Shown in pieces: positions 40,876-54,719 of a stretch of 64,000 bases of DNA; the stretch's first letter is position 1, and every line of letters starts with the position of its first letter. Position numbers and translations under genes: made by a program. Origin of the DNA: Octopus vulgaris (taxonomy: Eukaryota); NCBI GenBank assembly GCA_951406725.2, contig OX597828.1:63488001-63552000 (forward strand), written 5' to 3'. The notes beneath the pieces were generated by a model. It was not told where the DNA came from. It made no database searches and saw nothing but the letters and a program-made list of their open reading frames with translations.

Positions 40876-43800
40876 ACCCAAGTCCTAAGTCTATTTCGAT
40901 AACTACATCCCTCGTGTCTGCTTTATTTATTGAGTGTTGTGTGTGACTTGAGAAGAAGGTGGCTGATATTTTTAGCAGGTCAAACTAAAATGTCAAGGCC
41001 ATTCCAAACGACACTTAGTTTCCTTTTTGTTAAGATCGTGCATGGTGGTGATGATGATGGTGGTGGTGACGGCGGCGGGAAGCCGATGGAACAAAAGGAA
41101 AGATAATACGTTTTTTTTACAACAACCAGCGCCAGTGGATCATAATCTAAGGGTTAAGGTAGCACCACCGCTACCTCCACCACCACAACCACCACCACCC
41201 CACCGCCGCCACCACCACCGCATTCACCACCAAAACTGCCATTCCTATATCATCACCACAGGAACACATCCAACTTTTTCCACTAATAACACTACCACCG
41301 CAACTATGAACGAATGCGTTTACCACCACCACCACCACCACCACCACCACCAGTAGCAGCAGTGGTAGCAGCAGTAGTAGCAGTAATAGAAGCAACAACA
41401 GCGGAACTACTAATAAAGAAAACAACACCACCAATAGCAACAATATTACCACCACTACCTTAACCGCCTCCTGCTCTACCCCACCACCTCTACCATCCAT
41501 CACCGCCTCTACCACTCCAACATCAATAACAACAACAATAGAAACAGTACTGCTAACGCCACCTATACCACTATCCTCACCAACCACCACCACCACCACC
41601 ACCACCACCACCACCATCACCACCACCACTACCTCCTCCTCCCTTTCTTACACCATCACTACCACCCTACCACCACTATCATCCGTGACGTCAACACCAC
41701 TATTCTACCTTTCCGGTACCCGAAAACTCCTATTCAACACGAACACTCTTCACCCCCCCATTAAAACTGCTCCCCACCCACCCCGCATCCGTCGTCTTCT
41801 AGGGTAGCGATGAGACAACAATTCCCCCCACCCCGCACCTCCCATACTTTTCTCATCAAATGATCCCTTACAAACCGCTCCGTCCCAGTCTCCCCCACCC
41901 TCCGCCGCCTCACTTAAGTGGAGATTACAGGTTTAACACATTTGGGAAACGGAAGTTGATTAGCGTTGATTAAAGGGAGGCGGTAAAATAAACTTCCTGT
42001 GAAGTATTAGAGAGAGGGAGAAAGAGGGAGAGAGAGGGAGAGAGACAGTCAGAGACAGAGAAGGTGAGTGGGAATAGTGACAGGGAATGAAAGTCAAACA
42101 GAGACAAAAAAGAGAGAGTGAGAGAAAGGTCTGGAGAAAAAAAAGAGTAGGTGAAAGAGAGAGAGAGAGAGAGATGTCTATAGGCAAGAGATAACATATA
42201 TAATGAGAGAGAGAGAGAGAGAGAGAAAGGGTGAGAGGGAGAGAGAGAGAGATAAAGAAAACCATCAGAGATACCAACATTATGAAGCTGCATGTGGCCA
42301 CTGGATCTGCTGGAAATGACAGAGAAACATGAAACATAAGGGGATAGTGAAGATGCCGACGACCGCTCGGTTCAAAGTCTCTCTTGACCAGAAATGGCCT
42401 GAACTCTTTGCATGAACACCCTCCCTGTACATAACTCCATGTCCCCCTACATGGCCTTGCTTTTTGCTTTTTGAGCCAAAAAATTAACTGAACTTAACAT
42501 TGGATAATGAATCTGGAAATTATAAACTGGATGAGTAGAGTTTCCAGCGTCTTAAATCCTCTTAAACAACAGCAACAGCAACAATATCGCTCGCTACCTT
42601 TACTAACCACAAACTTCACCACCTCCGACGCCACCACTACCACTATTATCACCATTAACATCAACATCAATCTCAACTAATGAGAGAATCTTTACGTTAG
42701 GAGACGGGGAAGCTTTGGTTCCTATGGTGATTGTATGGAAAGAAAAAGCTGTAGGCACATATCAGTGTCAATGACATTAATGACATTAATTTCACAACGT
42801 AGATGCGCGCAATTACACTAATTAACGTTAATTAATATGTTAGAAAGCATAAATTAACCACGAAAAAGCAAGGATGCAAACTTTATGAAATGTCTTAGCC
42901 GTCATCTTAAAAAAAGAAGAAGGATTCTGCTCTGATAAAATCAGAGATGTTGTAAGATTAAGTAAATGATGCGCTTAAGTCTTAATTGAGTTCCAAGATT
43001 ATTATCTGCGATTTTAGCTCACAAGTGGTTCCAGGATAAATTTAATGTTTGAGGAAAACTGTTCCCATCAGTATAGAATAGCAGTGATACGATTTTCAAT
43101 ACGTTATTCCTTGATAAAAGATAATTCTTTAGGATCTGGGTAGGATTTATATAATTTCAAAATAGATTATTAAATTTGGTTATCAAAAATATCAGTTAGT
43201 AAATGAATTAAATCAACTTGTAAAGAACCAGGAGATTCACCTGGCCTTACACCAGAAACACCTTCGCATTTTTAAGTTTATGGTTTTGTAAACTTAGAAA
43301 TCTCCTGAAATTTGTCCGAAAATTAAAAAAGAAAAGAAACTGTGGCATATTTTCCCATCTATTCTAGCTTATGTCCTTTCAGTGTCAGAAAATGTATCCG
43401 TCGTTCAGTGGGTGCTCAGTTAAAAACAACTGCATTCTCTTGATGAAGCTCACTATTTTTAATGCGTCATTATGATAAGGTGTAGCATTGTTAAGGGATT
43501 CTTCGTGAGATAATCCTTTAACGCGGAATCCTTCCCCCAATAGAAAAAGGTATATTATTTGGTATTGTTCACTATATAGTTTAAACGCTTCTTTAAGAAG
43601 GTTGCCAGGATATTCTTATCAATAAACATTTTCCGGTACGCCATAAATATAATAAGGCCTATGAGAGGAATAGCTTTAAGATGATCGATAGTTGAATCCA
43701 AGATTTCGTTGCTTCTCTGGACAGTGTGAATAGTAGATAACTTCTCAGACGAACACTTAAACCTCTCCCCACTTTATGTAATTTCCAACAACCGTGAATC

Positions 43801-44252
43801 TGCCTTTTCAGCGGTACGCATCTTTCTTTATTAGTAGTATATCTAGCTAAGGACTGTCTTGTAAGTAACAATGAATCAATCCTATATAGGGATTACAGAA
43901 AATCATTTTGTAAAAGATTCCCACAACAAAAGCGTGCATTAAGGTATTTAAAAAGACTCCGCACCAAGTCCCTAACACATACGGAAACTAAAAGATGATG
44001 CAGTAATAACTATAAAATCGATTGATAGTATGTGTTCTTTATTTAATGAGTTAAGACCGTGAGATCTCTGTCTCAAAGATATAACATTCTATTGAAAGCT
44101 TTTAATCGGAATTGGTGAATTATTGCAGATATTCCTATCGATATTTCTGATTTCATTGGCGAATTACTAGCTACCAACTAATTAAAATAATTATCTCTCT
44201 GAAATAATGGATTAATAGATTATTTATATATGTATGCATATATATATATGTA

Positions 44253-44330
<78 letters not shown>

Positions 44331-45204
44331 TACATATATATAATATGTATATACACATAAATACATACATACATACTCATTAAAAAATTGCCCAGAAGGA
44401 CGTCAAAGGAGCATATGGAAACATTACACACAAGCTGTGGACATGCTCATCCCTCATTAGTTATCCTTCAAAAATCATGACAATTTCGCGTCTTTAACGA
44501 TAAGATTGTTCATTTTGGTGGCGTCGTCGGCCAAAACCTGATGGGATTAAGTGAATGAATGTAAATGACAGTGACGAAAACAGCGAAACGATAAACGACG
44601 ATAGAATAAGGCAAGACACAATGGAAAACGAGGCAGATATTTGGTATATATATAAATTATACATAGTAATAAAGGCCTTACGGCTATGAGACAGCATTCA
44701 GACAAAACATGCGTAGAAGGAATGCTAATGGGAAACTATGGTCTATGGGAGTTGAAAAGGAAAGTAGACACAGAGAAAGATAGAAAGAAAGGTGGAAGGA
44801 TGGCAAAAAATTGAAAGAAAGGTTGAAAGATAAGACAGTTCCAGGGCTGAAGGTAAATGCTGAGGCAAGGGCCCAGGAGAGCATGACTAAAGGGGCCAAC
44901 GGTCAAGCATGAAAAGAAGGATAAAATGAGGAATGGGATGGCCATGGAAGGGAGAGAGAGGGGAGGGGGGAAAGATAGAAAAAGAGAGAAAAGAAGTAGT
45001 GGAGGGTAGAGAGAAAGGCAGTGGATGAGACGGAAGCAAAGTAAAGGGAGAAATGAGGCGGACAGAAACAGAAGGGATTGCAGAGAGAAAGAAAGGGAAT
45101 AAAGGAGGGGTGAACAAGAGAGAAGGGTGGCGAATGGTAAAGTGAAAGGTTTAAGTAGAAAAAGCAACAGAGAGGTAAGGTGATGAGAGGAAAGATATAA
45201 GGAA

Positions 45205-45238
<34 letters not shown>

Positions 45239-45871
45239 TAAGAGTGAGAGAGAGAGAGTAAGAGAGGCGTTGCATCAAATTTTTTTCCGCTGTATGGTGC
45301 GTCGCTGAGCGGGAAGAAAAAGTAGGGAGCGTGGTGTTATATTAAATACTAGAATTTTAAAAATTGCACAGATGGACGACAAAAGAAGTTTAGTTATCAG
45401 AGTCATCTTTCTTTTGTGTGATTTATACATATGACATTAAGACAGGAACATATCAGATGTTTTTGTGGGTGAATCGGTCAATATATCACATTTTTTTCTG
45501 TGACAATTGATAAATGTATAAAGAATTAAATAGACATGATTATTCATATAACGATGTGTTTAAGAATACATATATTGTCAAGAATCAGCTGCAAACTTGT
45601 CATTCCAATTTACTTATCCCTTGAAAACGTATAGTTTATGAGAGATGTCAAAGACAGTATTTAGTTGTCGATGAAATTCCAGCACAGGTTTGAAGCTATG
45701 AAGGGTGACCATTCTTGTCTGTCTACAAAAATATTGCACAAACAGACACAGTGTTTACATGTGTAACTACAGTGCTACAGTATTAGCAATATAAGTCTAC
45801 GCATAGTTTCTATTGCCCTGTTTAGTATCGAAAGAATACATAGTAAATGTAACAGTTATGCGCGTGCAGAG

Positions 45872-45909
<38 letters not shown>

Positions 45910-45920
45910 ACAAATATATG

Positions 45921-45965
<45 letters not shown>

Positions 45966-46734
45966 ACACACACACACACATACATACACACACACACACA
46001 GAGGAACATATCGCTTAGCCCTTCATAACTGAGATTCGAAACCGAATCCACACACTTGTTGCATGTTAGGCGAATGTCTGACCCTCTGTGTTTTCATCTT
46101 TATACTGGAAGATTTGCGAATAATGGTAAGTGCAGAGCGTGGAGAGGAGCGGTTGGTAGGCTGTGGGCACAATACGAGTGATGGCGCGGTGAATGCCTGG
46201 ATGGAGGTGGGACGGGACCAGGCTGCTACAATGGAAACGATTTGACAAACAGAAAAGAACCCACGGCAAACATAAACGGACAAATCGTCAAAATGACAGC
46301 TTATTAGGTTGCGTTTATCTTCGCAATATTAGACATTCGATACATGAAGATCGACCAAATATGTACAAAGTACGAAAGACGATGTAATCGGCTACAACTT
46401 TTAAGGGCTGTGCTCCAGTACGGCCGTTGTCCAAAGACTGCAACTAGTAAAAGATTATGACTAGAGTCTTATAAACTTCTCAATTCTTTCCAGGGGGAGC
46501 TCTGCCTTAAACGTAAGAAATCACCTTCCCTGTCGACATACGAAAACAACAACCTACGAGGGAGCCTCTATGTTCTTGCTTGACCTGGTAGAAATAGCAG
46601 CCAAATATCCTGTAAATCAAATTGAAGCGAAAAACAAAAAGCAAAACAAAATACATTGTTAGATAATGTAGAGAAGATTGCTCGGGTTGGGATAGTTTTA
46701 ACCGTAGGCTTTGCCCAACCAGGATTGACCTGGG

Positions 46735-46850
46735 GCTACTACTGCAACTGCTACTACTGCTACTACTGCTACTACTGCTACTACTGCTACTACTGCTACT
46801 ACTGCTACTGCTACTACTGCTACTGCTACTACTGCTACTACTGCTACTAC
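46735..46850. repeat. (CTACTACTG)n higher-order triplet repeat
   Basis: Direct observation. Confidence 0.85.
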
Positions 46851-47568
46851 ATACCAAGTTATCGTATGTCACAAATGTCTTTAATTGTTTCCTACATCAA
46901 CATAAAGCACCACCTGTTCCTTCAGACAGAACCCAATTCTAACCCCTTACCTTACTCCGACTCCCTTTATCATCATAGACTTAACTCAACGCCATCATGG
47001 CGGAGGAATTGTGAAAAATCCGATCGTCTATAAATAAACAGGGAGAAGGGCATTTAGTCCTTGCCAGGGAGAAGGGCATTTGGTCCTTGCCAGTTTACAA
47101 TATATTCAGGTTAAAATAAATACTTTCACACTTGGCTTCATTAAGTAATTGAGGTCAGAAGGTCATCGAGTACACATTACTGTCGTGCCCCACTCCACCT
47201 CTCCGATCTTATATACTCACACTTCACTTCAATTATTTATTTATTTATAATTATTAATATCATCATCATCATTATTATTATTATTATAATTATCATTATT
47301 ATTATTGTTATTATTATTATTATTTACTTTAGTCTAGTTTTGTTTCTTTTTATATTTTCGTGTTTGGTAGTGTCCGTACTCACATATCAGGGGTGGAGGC
47401 TGGGGAAGGTGTGATGAATATTTTGACCAGACTTCCCTCAGTGTGTTTGCGAGCGCGCGCGTGTGTGTGACGAGGAGATGGGTAGGTGGGTAGGCGGCGA
47501 TGAGTTGATAGATGTGTCTGACTCGTTGAAAGGTCTGGTCTGCCTATGTTGGTATATGTTCGCCAGAA

Positions 47569-47647
<79 letters not shown>

Positions 47648-47964
47648 GAGAGAAAGAGAGAAAAGAGAGAGAGAAGGGAGAGGAAAATGGATAGAATGCG
47701 AGAGAAAGAGTGAGAGAATGTGTATGTTTGCGTGCGAGGATGATTGAATTTGTTTATAATTGATTTCTCTGTATATTTTCGTGTGTCTTTGTGTTTGTTT
47801 AAGCTTATGAATGTTCGATGTATATATGTGTATGTATACATACACACACACAGACAGACACACGCAGAAGCACATGCAAACACACACACACACATACACA
47901 GACACACACAAACACACGCGCATATATGTATGGATACAGATGTATATATGTTTATATTTTTCTG

Positions 47965-48162
47965 TTTTCTTCTTCACGCTGCAGCCATGCTGGAGCACCG
48001 CCTCAAAGGGTTTTAGTCGAACAAATCTACTACAGGACTTATTCTTTGTGAGCCTAGTACTTATTCAATCGGTCTCTTTGCCGAAATGCTACGTTTCGGG
48101 GACATAAACATACCAACATCAGTTGTCAAGCGATGGTGGGGGGGACAAACACAAACACAAAG

Positions 48163-48227
<65 letters not shown>

Positions 48228-48393
48228 TATAAATACACGACTGACTTTTTTCCGTTTCCGTCTACAAATTCCACTGACAAGGCTGAGGTCGGTCGAAGGC
48301 TATAATGGAAGACACTTGACCAAAGTGCCACGCAGTGAGACCGAACCGGGAACCATGTGGTTGGAAAGCAAGCTTCTTACCACACAGCGACGT
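47965..48393 (-). mobile_element. SINE, 11111 family, with expanded internal microsatellite
   Basis: Reverse-complement match to 11111-11490. Confidence 0.9.
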
Positions 48394-48877
<484 letters not shown>

Positions 48878-48934
48878 CATCTTTACACTCCTTCCAATCA
48901 ACACCACAAATGTAAAATTCTCAAATGTAAAATT

Positions 48935-49028
48935 CTCCCCTGAAGACGGAAGTGGTATTATCCGATAATGGATCCAAGTAGCTATCATTATTCCGGACCA
49001 CCAAGTCCCCCAGAAACAGCTGTTGGAC
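48935..49028 (+). ncRNA. Type I hammerhead motif, long stem II, weak stem I
   Basis: CTGAAGA...GAAAC-AGCT-GTT^-GG; palindromic AACAGCTGTT. Confidence 0.55.
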
Positions 49029-49228
49029 TCGTAAAACTCTACTCATTTAACTCCTGATATCATTTATATTCCGTAAGTCGGACTATTTCATATCCATACA
49101 CATGTACATATCCTGTGTAAATCGACATGCTTAATTTACTTGTCATTACATTTACTCATCTACCGGCGCAAGTCCAAATCTCTTGAGCATTTCGAAGTGT
49201 ATTTTCTATAGAGAATACCTGTCTCTAA

Positions 49229-49286
<58 letters not shown>

Positions 49287-49435
49287 TGTATGTATGTATG
49301 TATTAATAGATGTACTAGACTGCAATAGGATGATAAGCAAATGCGAAGTAAACTAAAAGCCTGTATTTTCCATGAACGCACTGTGAAAATTTCTAACACT
49401 TCGGTTAAATCTGCGCTTTTTTATCTGCCACCAGG

Positions 49436-49483
49436 CAAAATATGACTAGTTTCAGTTTTTGTTAAATCCTCGTCAGAATTTTG
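49436..49483 (-). ncRNA. Minimal type I hammerhead motif
   Basis: CAAAATT-CTGACGA-GGATTT aaca AAAACT-GAAAC-TA-GTC^-ATATTTTG; palindromic ACTAGT. Confidence 0.6.
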
Positions 49484-49686
49484 TTACCAAATCCTGTACG
49501 CCAACAGAGGCTCGAAGCTTATAAGTAGTTATAGTATACAAATATTCCGTTAGAACTAAAGTGATTGATCTAATTTGCCTATATTCTTCTAACTACTTTT
49601 ACTCTTATTCTTCTATTTGCTCTTTTATTATTCTTTTTTATTCCTTATTTACTGTAAATTTTTCTAGTCTAAAATATTCATACCTT

Positions 49687-49762
49687 GTCTCTGATGATGG
49701 AATACCAAGTGCGTGGACATGCTAACCTACCACTTGGGTTATCCTAGAAACGGCTGTAAGAC
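49687..49762 (+). ncRNA. Type I hammerhead ribozyme with extended stem II
   Basis: GTCT-CTGATGA-...CCAAGTG...CACTTGG...-GAAAC-GGCT-GTA^-AGAC. Confidence 0.7.
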
Positions 49763-49982
49763 TTCAAATTCACCTTACTCTAATTAAATTAATGCACTGA
49801 CCCGGAAGCCTACTACGGATCTCTAGATCTAGCCTTAGCTGTGAAATCGGAACCTAACGGACGACCAAATATAGCACTTACACAACGTACCTATTCGTTT
49901 AGATCACCAGTGAACTAAACGCCCCTCACATTCTCTCTCTCTCTCTCTCTCACTCTCTCTCTCTATATATATATATATAAAT

Positions 49983-50414
<432 letters not shown>

Positions 50415-51127
50415 ATAACAGTAATTCTAGGGTGGGATTTTAAATATTTAATACATTGCTAGGCACGTTTCCACAAATCACATGATTTTTACATCAGAGT
50501 CGCTATCCTTGAGATTAGTACAGTATAGTCGGCATAATCCATGATGCCACCGAAAAACTGACTCACTAATCAGTATCATTAGACGGCACCCAGCATAATG
50601 GAATCGGAGCTTTATTTGCATACCCCTAACGTAACCATAAATGAATTTATATATATATACAGATCAGTGGTACAACAAAGCAGCAATATTCACTGGAAAA
50701 TAGCTGTCGACACAAATACGACGCTATAGTAAAGCTTTACTGCGTATATACTGGCAAAGGCGTGTGAGTGCAACAAACATGAAAAATTTGTCTTACCTCT
50801 TGGAAGATCATTAGATAAATGGACAACCCAGAATCGGATAATGCAGTACCTAGGTTTCAGACTCTTCAAATACGTTTGTCAACGTAAATTTTATCAGTCT
50901 TAATCAGCTGCATTTACCTAGAGAATATTTCAAATGTTGCCACATCAATGCCAGGTATACTCACCTGAACGCTTAGCCGTTAACAGAACGAGAACAGTGA
51001 AAAAGTTTTCAATGAAAAAAAACAACATTTTTTCATTGAAAAATAAATATATAAATGTAGGAAGAAGAAGAATTTCAAGCGTGTTTCGTGGTCTACTACC
51101 ACAACAGCTCCTTTATAGGATCCAGTT

Positions 51128-51228
51128 AGCTCAAGACATCATCAGGAGGAACCACGTCCGGTTTCGGCCCCTACTCCTCTACCGTTTTGACGTGGCGGGG
51201 TTTCCCCCTTTCGGAGGTGTCTTCAGCT
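51128..51228 (-). ncRNA. Rearranged (non-circularly permuted) hammerhead-like domain
   Basis: CGG-TA^-GAGGAG...GGCC-GAAA-CCG-GACGTGG-TTCCTC-CTGATGA. Confidence 0.55.
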
Positions 51229-51850
51229 CAGGTGTTGGGTGCATGTCTTCTTTCTCCTTCTTTCTTCTGTTCCCTGGCCTATATACACAGATATGTCACA
51301 CGCATGTATGTAAACGTTTTTGTATATACAGAGAAACAGAAACAGGGGCTACGAGTATGTTGGTGAGTCCAAGATACGTATATATTTGTTGTATATATTC
51401 ATATACATGTGTAAACGTAGATATGTGTTGCGTTTATATATATACATGCGTCGGATTTGCGCGCGTGTGTGTACGTGTGTGTTCGCGTGTGTTCGTGTGT
51501 GCGTGAAATGATGCAGTGTGACATTTCACTAGATTCCATCGAATTAGAAGATGATTACATTCCCCAAATAACTGGTCTCAATTCCGAAAATTGTGACGGG
51601 ATGAAACATAGTTGGGACAACAACAACAACAGCAGCAGCAGCAGCAGCCTCAACGACAGGAACAAAAACAACGACTGCCTGAACGTGGTAGCTCGGTCTC
51701 CAAGAAAGAGCAGGCAATCCTCCTCAAATGAGAAATGTTACTGAACGATGCTGCAGATTGGTCACGGTTGGAATGGATTTATTTATGGGTTTACTGGATT
51801 CAGAGCCACAATGGGTTAAGTGACAAACGAAAGCAATCAATGGTAACAAC

Positions 51851-52303
51851 AGAAGCAGCAGCAGCAGAAGAAGAAGAAGAAGAAGAAGAAGAAGAAGAAA
51901 AAAAAAAGAAGAAGAAAAAGAAGAAGAAAAAGAAGAAGACAAAGAAGAAGAAGAAAGAAGAAGAAGAAGAAGAAGAAGAAGAAGAAGAAGAAGAAAGAAA
52001 AAAAAGAAGAAGAAGAAGAAGAAGAAGAAGAAGCAGAAAAAGAAGAAGAAGAAGAAGAAGAAGAAGAAGAAGAAGAAGAAGAAGAAGAAGAAGAAGAAGA
52101 AGAAGAAGAAGAAGAAGCAGAAGAAGAAGAAGAAGAAGAAGAAGAAGAAGAAAAAGAAGAAGAAGAAGAAGAAGAAGTAGAAGAAGAAGAAGAAGAAGAA
52201 GAAGAAGAAGAAGAAAAAGAAGAAGAAGAAGAAGAAGAAGAAGAAGAAGAAGAAGAAGAAGAAGAAGAAGAAGAAGAAGAAGAAGAAGAAGAAGATAATG
52301 ATA

Positions 52304-52357
<54 letters not shown>

Positions 52358-52375
52358 ATCATGATGATGATGATC
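51851..52375. repeat. Long (GAA)n tract with flanking (GCA)/(CTG)/(GAT) arrays
   Basis: About 430 bp of near-pure purine GAA repeat. Confidence 0.95.
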
Positions 52376-52594
52376 ATGGAAAATTACAGAGAGGACAGTA
52401 GGAAAAAACAAATGCTTGCAAGACAAGTTCCATCTCTCTGTACTCTGAGTTCAAACTCTTCCCAGGTGAACTTTGGTTTTCAACTTACCGTGGGTTGGGG
52501 TGGATCAATAAATACAATCTTAGGCTTGTATCGGGGCTGATTCTCGTCTTTCTCTTCCACCTTCCCCCCTCTTCTTTTCACTTCTTTTCTCTTC

Positions 52595-52669
<75 letters not shown>

Positions 52670-53401
52670 CTTTTCCCGGTTGTTTGACTTTCTGCAAGAT
52701 ATCGGTTGTAGTCAGATACTGGGGGTGGGGGTGGGGTTCGGGGGTCCTCCTTCAAGTCTAAAATTCTCAAACCTCGCTGCATGTGATGACGGAACCCCTA
52801 CGGCACCAGCGATGTTCTGGGAAGGACCGGACCCTGTAATTAGTACGGGTCTCTGGGGAATAGACACAACAAGGGGTGGGGAGAAGGAGAAGTCGACTGC
52901 AAGTGTCTAAACGGAGGGCACGCATGGACAACGGTCAGTCTTCCCTACTTGTGCAGATCCATGTGTAACTTCGATTAATGGAGGCTCAATCAGTCATAGA
53001 TGTAGGTTTACGTTTTAGTAACGAATTTGAAACAGAAGAAAATTGGTGAAAGATATCTGGATGTGGTTATTAGGGAACGCCGTGAGAGAGAGAGAAGGGG
53101 GTGACGGAAAGGGAGAAGGTGGAGAGTGAGAAAGTGAGAGAGAAGCGGGGAGAGTGAGGTGGGAAAAGAGAGACTGGTGATTGGAGAGTTATGGAAAACT
53201 GTCATCTTTCATTGCGTAAGAATTCTTGAGAAAGTTCTTCGGGTAATTAAGTTATTAGTTGTCAGTAAGAAGTCTGATGACGTGAGAGCCATGAGGGGAT
53301 TAATCAGGAAGGGCTCCTATTCACCCAGCCTCACCTCTCTTTTAAATTTCAATCACCACCAACACACTGACGTATATACATAGATACACTTACGCATACA
53401 A

Positions 53402-53462
<61 letters not shown>

Positions 53463-53464
<2 letters not shown>

Positions 53465-54666
53465 AAGGGAAAGTTTACGAAAATAAACAAAAGACGAAGA
53501 CAGGTGGTGTACAAAACAAACAGATGTATTAGTATAGCGCTCGGGAATACAAAAAGTCTTTTACGTTTCGAGCCTACGCTCTTCTACAGAAAGGTACACA
53601 GAAAAAACAAGGAGAGAAAAAAAATGTGTGTAGTGGCTAACGATATATATATCGCATCATCGACTCCTTCATCTGTACCTCCAGCAATATCATCTATTGC
53701 ATCTCCTGCTCTCTCTGCCATTCCCTGTACATCGGACAAACGGGACGCCGCTTGGCTGACCGGTTCGCGGACACCTCCGAGACATCCGCCTGGCCAATGA
53801 CACACCGGTCTCACGCCATTTCCGCTCCACCGGTCACTCCTTGGAACACCTGTCTGTGTTCGGATTGACCTTGCACAGAGGCCATCCGGATTCCCGTTTG
53901 CGCCGTGAACAGGGATTAATCTTCTCTCTTCGCTCTTTTACGCCATTTGGTCTCAACTCTCCCCCTCTTTTCATCTACCCCCTTTTTATCTAACCCCCCC
54001 GACTCCTACTTCTCTTCAGTCCTTCATCCTACTCTCTTTTCCTCCTCTTCCCTTCTTCCCTCTTTCTTCTTTCTTCTTCCTCTTCCCCTTCTCTCTTTCT
54101 CTCTGCTCCCTCACTCCCCTTCTCTACCCCTCCTCCTGCTCTCCCTCTTCCCCTTCCTTCTCCTATCCCTCCTCCTCCTCCTCCTCCTCCTCCTCCTCCT
54201 CCCCTATCCCGTCTCCCCTTCTCCCCCCATCTCCTCCCCCCACACCACACTACACTACACCATACGACATTACACATCACATCATACATACACACGTCTA
54301 GACCACCAGCCCTCTTCCACATGCACATACATACTCTCTTATGCACACACGTACCTTCAGGTTGGAGCGAGGTCATTTGACCCTGTTATCTCCCCTACTA
54401 TCCCTCTAGCGTCTAACGTCTGACCTCTAACGTTTGACCTCGGATCTCTGACTTCTCCTGAAATCAGAACGCCATGTTGGATCGTTAGCCCCTACACGCA
54501 ATTTTTTTCTCTCCTTGTTTCTTTTCTGTGTATCTTTCTGTCGAAGAACGTAGGCTCGAAACGTAAAAGACTTGTTTTATTTCTATTCCTGAACGCCATA
54601 CTAATACAATTGTTCGTTTGTACTCCACCTGCCTTCGTCTTTTGTTTATTTTCGTAAACCTTCCCG

Positions 54667-54669
<3 letters not shown>
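53463..54669 (+). mobile_element. Penelope-like element 3' fragment (GIY-YIG endonuclease 53650-53993, CCHH/Neptune-type) bounded by inverted pLTRs
   Basis: FICTSSNIIYCISCSLCHSLYIGQTGRRLADRF / HLRDIR...PVSRHF...H...REQGLIFSL...PFGLN; pLTRs 53463-53644 (-) and 54481-54669 (+), each with an HHR variant. Confidence 0.9.

Positions 54670-54719
<50 letters not shown>

Noticed and set aside
43200-43870. Possible decayed LINE ORF1 on the minus strand (YIYGVPENV; RRCFWCK)
   Set aside because: Many stops and an incomplete zinc knuckle; cannot be supported.
44408-44448. GAAA...CUGUGGA flanked by GAGCAU/AUGCUC, like a partial hammerhead
   Set aside because: No substrate strand for stems I and III found.
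47039-47092. 26-bp tandem duplication
   Set aside because: Only two units with no spacers; an ordinary slippage duplication, not CRISPR-like.
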